Below are positions 1 through 7,656 of a stretch of DNA of 13,256 nucleotides, piece by piece. The notes beneath the pieces are model-generated. The model saw nothing but the letters and a program-made list of their open reading frames with translations. It did not search any database and was not told where the DNA came from. Numbering within the stretch: the first letter of the stretch is position 1; each line of letters begins with the position of its first letter. The stretch comes from an uncultured Nitrososphaerota archaeon (lineage in GTDB: Archaea > Thermoproteota > EX4484-205 > JAAOZP01): contig CAYQCW010000003.1 of NCBI GenBank assembly GCA_964416155.1, forward strand, positions 134,418-147,673. The letters run 5' to 3'. The translations under genes were made by a program, and so were the position numbers.

Positions 1-66
1 GAAGGGTGTTAGCCTTGTTTTACTATGGTTCTCCCATTGATTAAGCAGAAAGAAAATCGTTTAATG

Positions 67-74
67 TTTTAATA
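67..74 (+). promoter_or_regulatory. Putative archaeal TATA box for the nrdJ-cobO operon
   Basis: TTTTAATA at 67-74, ~25 nt upstream of ATG 99. The spacing fits a leaderless or short-leader transcript, and no SD is visible before ATG 99. Positional inference only. Confidence 0.4.
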
Positions 75-98
75 CTCATAGCTGTGTTTAGGCTTTGC

Positions 99-2705
99 AT
101 GGAAAAAAGGAAGGTTGTTAAGAGGGATGGTAGGGTCGTTGATTTTGACCCGGATAGGATTAGGAATGCTATTGCGAAGGCCATGGTGAGCGTGAAACAG
201 TATGATGAGAAGGCTTTGGAGAGGGTTGTTAACTACGTGTTAAACGTGTTAAACGGGAAGTATGAGAGCGGCGAGACTCCGCATGTCGAGGATATTCAGG
301 ACGTGGTGGAGTTCGCCCTTATGAAGTTTGATCTTTACGATGTTGCTAAAGCCTATATTCTTTACAGGAAGGAGAGGGAGAAGATAAGGGAGGAGAAGAA
401 GGCTCTTCTGCAGAAAAGCTTTGTGGACGAGGTGGACAAGGAGTTTTCTGTTAACGCGATCAGGCTGCTTGTGAACCGTTACCTTCTTAAGGATGAGAAT
501 GGGAAGCTCGTAGAGTCTCCTAAACAGTTGTTTCAAAGAGTTGCTTTAACTGTTGTAATACCGGATATTCTTCACGACCCGAGGATTTTCTCCAAGGAGG
601 GGGGTCTGCCGGCGTTTCCAAGAGAAGAGTTTAACACCAGCCAATATGCTAATAAGCTTGGCCTAGGGAAAAGCGACAACGGGTATGCCGTCACTTGGAA
701 CGAGCATCATTTGGAACGAATGAAGGCTCTTTACGATGAGCTTAATTCTCAAGGCAGGATGAAGGTTTCCTGTAGCGGTTTTCTCGGAATGCTTCTTTCA
801 GGCGAGTTTGAAAACCATTATGAGAATTTCAAAGCCTATTATGATCTTATGGTTTCTAAGAAATTCATGCCGAATTCGCCGACCCTGTTTAACGCTGGCA
901 CGAGGCTAGGCCAGCTCTCAGCCTGCTTCGTGTTGGATGTTGAGGATAATATTGAGTCTATTATGAATGCTGCAACCCAGGCGGCGATCATCTTCAAATC
1001 CGGCGGAGGCATTGGGATAAACTATTCTAAGCTGAGGCCTGCCGGGGATATTGTCTCCAGCACTTCGGGGGTGGCAAGCGGCCCTGTTTCATTCATGAGG
1101 ATAATAGACACTGTTACAGATGTGGTTAAACAGGGGGGTAAGAGAAGGGGGGCGAACATGGGGATTCTTGAGGTTAACCATCCGGATATAGAGACGTTTA
1201 TAACAGCCAAGTCTGAACGGGGGAGGCTTGAAAACTTCAACATATCCGTCCTTATAAAGGATGATTTCTGGGAATGCTTTGAGAAAGACGCGCCGTATCC
1301 GCTTATAAATCCGAGGGATGGAAAGGTTTGGAAGACCATTCGCGCCAAAGACGTTTTCTGGAAGATTGTGGAGATGGCTTGGAGGACAGGTGACCCAGGC
1401 GTTCTCTTCTTGGAAAACATCAATAGAAGAAACATATTGAGTAAGCATAAGGGTCCAATAAAGTCCACGAACCCCTGCGGAGAGGAACCCCTTTATCCCT
1501 ATGAGTCATGCAACCTGGGTTCGATAAACCTGTACGCGTTTGTGAAGAGAAATAGGGATGGAGCTGTCTTCGACTGGGAGGAGTTTAGCGGAGTAATCGG
1601 GATCGCCCTCAGGTTTCTGGACAACGTGATAGATGTGAATAAGTTTCCTTTAAGCGAGATAGAGCGTGCGACCAAGCTTACTAGGAAGGTTGGCCTAGGC
1701 GTCATGGGCCTAGCTGACTTACTCTTCGCCCTGAGAATACCTTACAATAGCGAGGAGAGCTTTAGGATGATGAGTAGGATAGCGGAGCATCTGACTTTCT
1801 TCGCTATGAAAGAATCCTGCAGGCTTTCCAAGGAGCGCGGCGCCTTCCCGCTGTATGCTGACTCATCCTACCCTGACGGCGAGATGCCGGTTGAAGGCTT
1901 CTACCATAAGGATTGGCAGACTCTTCCCTGGAGCGACCTTCAGCAGGAGATAATGAGGTTTGGAGTTAGGAACGCGGAGGTGACCACTATAGCTCCAACC
2001 GGCTCTATTTCCATGCTGGTTGACGTGTCCTCCGGGATTGAGCCTCAGTTCGCCTTAATATATGAGAAGAGGGTTAGCTTAGGAACCTTCTATTACGTGG
2101 ATGTTGAGTTTGAGAAAGCGCTAAGGGAAAACGGGCTTTACGATGAGAAGACGCTTAAGCTGATTTCAGACAACGGCGGGTCGCTCGTGGGCCTCGAATT
2201 TCCCAAGGAGATGAGTCGCGTGTTCCTAACTGCTTACGATATACCCTGGTGGGATCACGTGAGGGCTCAAGCAGAGTTCACGAAATGGTTTTGCGCTGCA
2301 GTCAGCAAAACCATAAACATGCCGAACTGGGTTACTGTAGAAGATGTTCAGAAAGCTTTTACTCTGGCACGTGCAATGAGAGTCAAGGGGATTACTATTT
2401 ACCGTGACGGTTCTCTTCCGTATCAAGTCTTGGTTACGCCTTCCTCGAAGCTCGGAAAGTATGCTAGGATCGTTAGCAACTCGACTATTGAAATCGCGAG
2501 ATCCCAAGGGGTTGAGATAAAGGATTTCAGAGAAGAATCTGAAAGCACTTCTAAAACAACGCCCGCCTCAGAGAAACCCGTTCTAATCCTTAACAAGAAT
2601 GGTGCTAATGCTGAATGCCCAAGCTGCGGCAGTAAAAGGCTCATCAAGGAGGGCGGATGCCTAACCTGCATAGACTGCGGATGGAGCATATGCCCTGTTT
2701 CATAG
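99..2705 (+). CDS. nrdJ: Class II (adenosylcobalamin-dependent) ribonucleotide reductase with N-terminal ATP-cone and C-terminal Zn-ribbon, 868 aa
   Basis: ATP-cone start (VVKRDGRVVDFDPDRIRNAI). Core motifs MPNSPTLFNAG, QLSACF, GGGIG, QGGKRRGANM, TNPCGEEPL (thiyl-radical Cys and Glu), SCNLGSINL, RKVGLGVMG, TIAPTGSIS, SSGIEP, SKTINM, KGITIYRDGS. C-terminal CPSC...CLTCIDC...C. No class I beta-subunit gene is adjacent and cobO follows directly. ATG 99 is preferred over the GTG start given in the ORF track because it begins the ATP-cone. Confidence 0.95.
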   Translation: MEKRKVVKRDGRVVDFDPDRIRNAIAKAMVSVKQYDEKALERVVNYVLNVLNGKYESGETPHVEDIQDVVEFALMKFDLYDVAKAYILYRKEREKIREEKKALLQKSFVDEVDKEFSVNAIRLLVNRYLLKDENGKLVESPKQLFQRVALTVVIPDILHDPRIFSKEGGLPAFPREEFNTSQYANKLGLGKSDNGYAVTWNEHHLERMKALYDELNSQGRMKVSCSGFLGMLLSGEFENHYENFKAYYDLMVSKKFMPNSPTLFNAGTRLGQLSACFVLDVEDNIESIMNAATQAAIIFKSGGGIGINYSKLRPAGDIVSSTSGVASGPVSFMRIIDTVTDVVKQGGKRRGANMGILEVNHPDIETFITAKSERGRLENFNISVLIKDDFWECFEKDAPYPLINPRDGKVWKTIRAKDVFWKIVEMAWRTGDPGVLFLENINRRNILSKHKGPIKSTNPCGEEPLYPYESCNLGSINLYAFVKRNRDGAVFDWEEFSGVIGIALRFLDNVIDVNKFPLSEIERATKLTRKVGLGVMGLADLLFALRIPYNSEESFRMMSRIAEHLTFFAMKESCRLSKERGAFPLYADSSYPDGEMPVEGFYHKDWQTLPWSDLQQEIMRFGVRNAEVTTIAPTGSISMLVDVSSGIEPQFALIYEKRVSLGTFYYVDVEFEKALRENGLYDEKTLKLISDNGGSLVGLEFPKEMSRVFLTAYDIPWWDHVRAQAEFTKWFCAAVSKTINMPNWVTVEDVQKAFTLARAMRVKGITIYRDGSLPYQVLVTPSSKLGKYARIVSNSTIEIARSQGVEIKDFREESESTSKTTPASEKPVLILNKNGANAECPSCGSKRLIKEGGCLTCIDCGWSICPVS

Positions 2706-2712
2706 AGGGGGC

Positions 2713-3228
2713 ATGACTTTGGGTAAAGTATTTCTCTATACTGGAACAGGGGCGGGAAAGACGACTAACGCGATAGGTTTAGCCGTCAGGGCAGTCGGCC
2801 ACGGTTTGAAAGTCGTGATAATACAGTTTATGAAAGGGTGGAGGAATACTGGAGAATACTTGATAGCTGGACGTTTACAGCCCGAGTATGAGATACATCT
2901 GGCTGGGAGAGAGGGTTGGGTGGACCTTAAAAACCCGTCTGAGGAGGATATGGAGATGGCGAGAAAAGGCATTAACCTAGCTAGAGAAAAACTCGGGGAG
3001 AAGCCGGCTCTCCTAGTGTTAGACGAGATCGGCCTAGCCGCTTTTATAGGCCTAGTTTCCGTCGAAGATGTTTTGAAGCTGTTAGACGAAGTCCCTGAGG
3101 AAACAGACGTTGTTTTAACAGGCAGGTACGTGCCTCCTGAGCTTGTCAACCGGGCTGACTTTGTGAACCTAGTGGTGGAGGCGAAGAGCCCGAGGGGACT
3201 CTACACTAAAATAGGTATAACCCATTAA
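2713..3228 (+). CDS. cobO: Cob(I)yrinic acid a,c-diamide / corrinoid adenosyltransferase (CobA/CobO/BtuR family), 171 aa
   Basis: YTGTGAGKTT P-loop variant, GLAVRAVGHG, IIQFMKG..TGE, LLVLDEI, VVLTGR, ADFV. GAGGGGG SD-like run; starts 7 nt after the nrdJ stop. Confidence 0.92.
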   Translation: MTLGKVFLYTGTGAGKTTNAIGLAVRAVGHGLKVVIIQFMKGWRNTGEYLIAGRLQPEYEIHLAGREGWVDLKNPSEEDMEMARKGINLAREKLGEKPALLVLDEIGLAAFIGLVSVEDVLKLLDEVPEETDVVLTGRYVPPELVNRADFVNLVVEAKSPRGLYTKIGITH

Positions 3229-3230
3229 AC

Positions 3231-3237
3231 ATTTTTT
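3231..3237 (+). terminator. Possible archaeal oligo(T) terminator after cobO
   Basis: T6 run 3 nt after the cobO stop codon. Archaeal intrinsic terminators are oligo-T tracts. Weak evidence. Confidence 0.3.
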
Positions 3238-3966
3238 AGACTTATGAAAATTCCTAACCGTAGCACCCTTAAAGGCTTTTTATCACAAGATAATATAAAA
3301 AAATAAACTGTCAAACTTGCTTACGGGTGTTCCCTCTTATTAACAGTGAATAATGGTGTTCTCTGAAGCCGCTGGTTAAAAAGCTTAGAGAAACCGAGGC
3401 GCGATTCCTAAGAGTAAAACAGCGTAGACGATAAAAAAAGGGTTGTTGGCCCATAACAGCAGTTTTTCCCCAAAATTTCTGACTCACTACGAATCTTTTA
3501 AACGTTTCAACCTATGGTTTCGGAAAAAAGCCTGATTTTAAGCTACTTATCCGAAAATCTTGTTAAACCTTATGATCTCTCAGATTTAGCGTTGCTTGAA
3601 AACAGGGTGCAGTGTTGCTTTAAAAACAAATATTCTGATGTCGAGCATTTTACAAATTAACTGTTCTATGGTAAAAACGTTTTCTAAAAACAACCCATCT
3701 CGATGTAGTCATCGTCAATTAGGCTTAATTCTCAGCCTGTTTCATAAACAACTTTTATTCTTTAAAGAATCCTCTGACTGTTTGATTTTCTACAAGTGTT
3801 TCCAGAAGCATTATCGTCAATAAAGGCGAGAAAATGTGAACATCGTTTTTATGGGAGAATGACGGCCATAAGAATCTGTATTCCCTTTAAAAAGAAAAAG
3901 CCTTTTAAATTATTGATCAGAAGAAAGAAGAGTCTCTTTTTAAACAGTAAAATAGATTTAATTATA

Positions 3967-3982
3967 GGATAAAATTTATATT
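3967..3982 (+). promoter_or_regulatory. Putative BRE-TATA promoter for the ligase cluster
   Basis: Purine-rich GGATAAAA followed by TTTATATT (3975-3982), ~45 nt upstream of the GTG start at 4026. Confidence 0.45.
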
Positions 3983-4025
3983 TTGCCATTTTCCAATCCT
4001 ACTGGAAACGAAGAGCATATCCTAC

Positions 4026-5078
4026 GTGTTAGTTGAGGAGAAAGAGCCCATTACAATAGGTGTTGAAATAGAATGCTATACTATTTTAAGTAGAGAGGGA
4101 AAAATATCAAGACGCATTATCATTCCAGACGTAAAGCCTTCAAAAGCAGGGGAGAGGTTCACCATTGACAAGAGCATAGGCACAGAATATGTTTCTAGGC
4201 CCTTTGGAAGCGTGAGAGAGGCCCTACAAGCCATAAGCAGCGGATTCAAGAATTATGTTGATTCACCCATCGTTGACAACGCTCTTCCACTGCCAGTAGG
4301 GGGATGGAACGATAGGTTTGCAGGCACCCATTTCCACTTGGGCTTTAAGGATAAGGGCTTAAGCAGGGAGGAAGCTGGAAGCCTTGCAAGCTACATTCAC
4401 GACCATATTCCTTTCATCATAGCGGTTTCCGCCAACTCGCCTGTCTGGAGAAGGAGAATAACGCCATACTCGTCTAACAGGCTGTTGCGCGGCGGCGGTA
4501 AATACTGTATCCCTGTTACTAAAGGGGGTTTAAACCAGAATCATTACAGGGAGCTGAATTTTAACCCTGAGAATAAACATAAACCTTCAACGCTTGAACT
4601 CAGAGTTTGCGACAGCAATATTCCACCCTATGTTTGCACCGTCATGACTATACTCAGGATCTTGGCTTCAGCTTGGAGAAATGGTAGAGAACCTTGCAAC
4701 AACTTGACGCATGAAACGTATCTTGAAACAAGAGCTGAGGCTGCGCGAAGAGGTGCCGCTGCAAAGCTCTATTGGAAGGGAAACCATGTTACTGTAGGTG
4801 AATACTTAACGCTTCTGCTCGACAACTACAGTGAAGAAGCCGGAATGTTGGATATTCCCAAGGATGTCGTCGAAGTCTTTAACCTACTTGAGAAAAACTG
4901 GAATAATGCGGAGGCTCTTAGGCGGGCCGTGATAAAACTAAGGGGCAAATACGGGGTGGACTGGGAGAGAAGCATGGCTTTTAAACTGGCTTCTTCCCTG
5001 AAAACCCTGTTGAATGGAGGGTCGCTGAGAGAATATCACAAGGCACTCGGGCTAAGAATCTCGTTTAAAAACGAATAG
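4026..5078 (+). CDS. Glutamate-cysteine ligase family 2 (GCS2/YbdK)-like ATP-dependent carboxylate-amine ligase, substrate unknown, ~350 aa
   Basis: TIGVEIEC (ExE metal motif), TEYVS, GTHFHLG (HxH), AVSANSPVW, SNR, TLELRVCD. This is the order of motifs in the GCS2/COOH-NH2 ligase fold. The GTG start is uncertain. Confidence 0.8.
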   Translation: MLVEEKEPITIGVEIECYTILSREGKISRRIIIPDVKPSKAGERFTIDKSIGTEYVSRPFGSVREALQAISSGFKNYVDSPIVDNALPLPVGGWNDRFAGTHFHLGFKDKGLSREEAGSLASYIHDHIPFIIAVSANSPVWRRRITPYSSNRLLRGGGKYCIPVTKGGLNQNHYRELNFNPENKHKPSTLELRVCDSNIPPYVCTVMTILRILASAWRNGREPCNNLTHETYLETRAEAARRGAAAKLYWKGNHVTVGEYLTLLLDNYSEEAGMLDIPKDVVEVFNLLEKNWNNAEALRRAVIKLRGKYGVDWERSMAFKLASSLKTLLNGGSLREYHKALGLRISFKNE

Positions 5079-5124
5079 GTTTATCAGTCTGACGAATATT
5101 TTTAAGACGGAAATCGAGGAGGAA

Positions 5125-6732
5125 ATGAAGGAAAGCGGGGAAACATTATTCGTCGAACTCGCTAAGCTTTGCGAGAAGCTTTCCGAGACGAGCAGTAGGC
5201 TGGAGAAGGTTAGGATGATAGGAGAGTTTCTGAAGGGTTTGAGAAAAGAGGAAATATGTCCGGCTGTTCTGCTGATAGTTGGAGAAACATTCCCAGAAGC
5301 CTCTTCCAAGACCCTTGAAATAGGATACGCTACGATAAGCAAGATCATCGAAACCCCCTTTCAGACCCCCCTTTTTAAGAAGCCTCTGACAATCCTGAAC
5401 GTTGCAGAATATTTTGAAAAGATTGCAAGTGCCACCGGCTCAAGGTCGAGGGAGAACAAGGAGCTCGTATTAAGATCCATGCTTGAGAGAGCCTCTGAGC
5501 TAGAAGCTAAATATATTGTTAAGAATATTTTTGGAGAAATGCAGCATGGAGTTGGAGAGGGAGTTATGCTCGAGGCTATTGCGAGAGCCTCAGGAACTAG
5601 TCTGGACCTCGTAAGGAGAGCTCTCATGTTCTCGGGCAACCTGGGAAAGGTCGCTGAGGCGGCTTTAACCTCTGGCGAAGAAGGCTTGAGAAGGATAGGC
5701 CTAACCCTCTTTAGTCCAGTAAAACCCATGCTTGCACAGATGGTCTACAGCGTGAAAGAGGTCTTCAAGTATCATAAGAATGTTGCTTTCGAATACAAGT
5801 TCGACGGGGCTCGCGTACAGATTCATAAGAAGAACGGCGCGGTTAGGATTTTCAGCAGGCGTTTGATAGACGTTACTGTCAGCATACCTGAAATAGTTGA
5901 TGAGGCTATAAACAGGGTTAACGCTGAGGAGGCGATACTTGACGGAGAGGTTATAGCTGTCGGTTTAAACGGTAGACCACTGCCTTTTCAGGATTTGATG
6001 AGAAGGTTCACTAAGGTTAAGAATATTGAAGAAGAGATGAAGAGAATACCTCTTAAACTGTATCTTTTCGACGTGATCTACTTGAACGGTAGGCAGCTGA
6101 TAGATGAGCCCTACTCGCAGAGATGGGGCATGCTTGAACAAATTGGGAGAAATGTGAACCTTGCTCCGAGGATAGTAACGTCAAGCATCAACGAGGCTGA
6201 GGAGTTCGTTAAGAAAGCTTTAGAGGAGGGTCATGAAGGAGTTGTCGCCAAGGCTCTCAACAGTCCTTACGTCCCAGGCACCAGGGGGAGGCTGTGGCTT
6301 AAACTGAAGACAGCCGATTACCTTGACCTAGTCATTATCGGTGCCCAATGGGGCTACGGAAGGAGGGCAGGCTGGTTAAGTGACTATTTCCTCGCGGCAC
6401 TGGATGAGGAAAGTGGAGGCTATGAGATAGTGGGCAAGACCTTCAAAGGCCTAACTGACGAGGAATTCAAGGGAATGACTAGAAGGCTGCTAGAGCTCAA
6501 GATAAGAGAGGAGGATAATACTGTCTGGGTTAAGCCGGAGGTAGTCGTTGAAGCAGCATACAGCGAAATCCAGAGGAGCCCAAGATACAAGTCTGGCTTC
6601 GCACTGAGGTTTGCGAGGATAACTAGGATAAGGAGCGACAAGGCTCCGTCTGAAGCAGATACTTTAAAAAGGGTTAGGGAACTCTACGAGAGTCAGAAGA
6701 AGAGAAAAGGAGTTCTGGAGCAAGAATATTAA
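5125..6732 (+). CDS. lig: ATP-dependent DNA ligase (DBD + adenylation + OB domains), 535 aa
   Basis: Motif I EYKFDGAR (adenylated Lys codon 5797-5799), Ia IFSR, III ILDGEVIA, IIIa YLFDVIYLNG, IV EGVVAK, V WLKLK, VI ALRFARITRIRSDK. N-terminal helical DBD. GAGGAGG upstream. Confidence 0.95.
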   Translation: MKESGETLFVELAKLCEKLSETSSRLEKVRMIGEFLKGLRKEEICPAVLLIVGETFPEASSKTLEIGYATISKIIETPFQTPLFKKPLTILNVAEYFEKIASATGSRSRENKELVLRSMLERASELEAKYIVKNIFGEMQHGVGEGVMLEAIARASGTSLDLVRRALMFSGNLGKVAEAALTSGEEGLRRIGLTLFSPVKPMLAQMVYSVKEVFKYHKNVAFEYKFDGARVQIHKKNGAVRIFSRRLIDVTVSIPEIVDEAINRVNAEEAILDGEVIAVGLNGRPLPFQDLMRRFTKVKNIEEEMKRIPLKLYLFDVIYLNGRQLIDEPYSQRWGMLEQIGRNVNLAPRIVTSSINEAEEFVKKALEEGHEGVVAKALNSPYVPGTRGRLWLKLKTADYLDLVIIGAQWGYGRRAGWLSDYFLAALDEESGGYEIVGKTFKGLTDEEFKGMTRRLLELKIREEDNTVWVKPEVVVEAAYSEIQRSPRYKSGFALRFARITRIRSDKAPSEADTLKRVRELYESQKKRKGVLEQEY

Positions 6733-6743
6733 TAAACGGTTAA

Positions 6744-7646
6744 TTGAACGTCTGCATTACATTGGATGTTACTGTTAAAGAGAGCTGGGACGTGGAGAAG
6801 GTTGCCAGACTATTTGAGCAACATAGGGACACCCCGTTCACATATTTAACCAATATTCCGCTCGTGAAAATGTTGAGCCAACTGGAATCCTTCAAAATAT
6901 TTGTGGCAGAGGTTAATGGTGAAACAGTTGGCTGCATTTATTCTCTAAGCTATATTTACGACTGCGGATATATTGGGGGGCTTCTAGTCCATAAAGACTT
7001 CAGAGGGAGAGGAGTTGGTAGAAGACTATTGAATACAGCGTTAAACAGTTTGAACACGAGGCACGTTTACCTCTTCGTTGAGGAAAAGAATACTACGGGA
7101 GTAAGGCTGGTTGAAAAAACAGGTTTTAAAAGTATCTATAAAGGGCGCCGTTACATTATTACAGCTCCGATAAATGAGGCTTTTCCAAGAAGCCCGATAA
7201 TAACTACTGATGCCGACTGGCTCTCTTTAAAGGAGAGCATCGGATTCAATGAAAGAAACGGGGTTGTTAACATCGGCTATTACCCTGTTAAGATAACGGA
7301 GAAAATGTTTGAAGACCTAAGAGTTGACAACAAGATCTTAAGATGTGACAATGTTATAACAATCATCGAGTATTCTTACGGAGTAACTGTTGGGGACCAT
7401 CTCTACACTTTCAACGATCATATAGTTAGGAACCTGCGTGGCATAGACATGACGAGAAGAGTTGTTGAAGTAAACCCTTTTTATATCGAGCCTAGAACAG
7501 AAGACTTGGCTCGCATAGTGAATTACTTGCTGTCGACTGGAGAAGTACATGTCAAGACCTATGATGGAGACCCTGTGGCTAATAGGTTGCCTTTAACAGG
7601 TAGAACGGGGGCATTAATAATGGAATATGAAAAAAACGACTTTTGA
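6744..7646 (+). CDS. GNAT family N-acetyltransferase with an additional C-terminal domain, ~300 aa
   Basis: FVAEVNGETVG, acetyl-CoA motif A LLVHKDFRGRGVGRRLL, motif B YLFVEEKN...LVEKTGF. The TTG start is 11 nt after the ligase stop and is uncertain. Confidence 0.85.
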   Translation: MNVCITLDVTVKESWDVEKVARLFEQHRDTPFTYLTNIPLVKMLSQLESFKIFVAEVNGETVGCIYSLSYIYDCGYIGGLLVHKDFRGRGVGRRLLNTALNSLNTRHVYLFVEEKNTTGVRLVEKTGFKSIYKGRRYIITAPINEAFPRSPIITTDADWLSLKESIGFNERNGVVNIGYYPVKITEKMFEDLRVDNKILRCDNVITIIEYSYGVTVGDHLYTFNDHIVRNLRGIDMTRRVVEVNPFYIEPRTEDLARIVNYLLSTGEVHVKTYDGDPVANRLPLTGRTGALIMEYEKNDF

Positions 7647-7656
7647 TATACGCTCA

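Noticed and set aside
1-44. Possible 3' end of an upstream plus-strand gene (RVLALFYYGSPID* or KGVSLVLLWFSH*)
   Set aside because: Too short to choose a frame or support a call.
990-1500. Inteins at the usual archaeal RNR insertion sites
   Set aside because: The GGGIG and NPCGEE regions are contiguous, with no splicing or LAGLIDADG motifs.
3798-4015. Possible replication origin: inverted GTTTCCAG (3798-3805) / CTGGAAAC (4002-4009) flanking AT-rich DNA, with ORB-like ACTGGAAACGAAG
   Set aside because: There is no intact TCCA-x-TGGAAA core, no G-string, only two short matches pointing outward, and no orc1/cdc6 in the window.
3229-4025. Cobalamin riboswitch, tRNA, C/D box RNA or CRISPR array in the gap
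   Set aside because: No B12-box, cloverleaf, properly spaced C/D boxes or regularly spaced repeats were seen, and the region is AT-rich.
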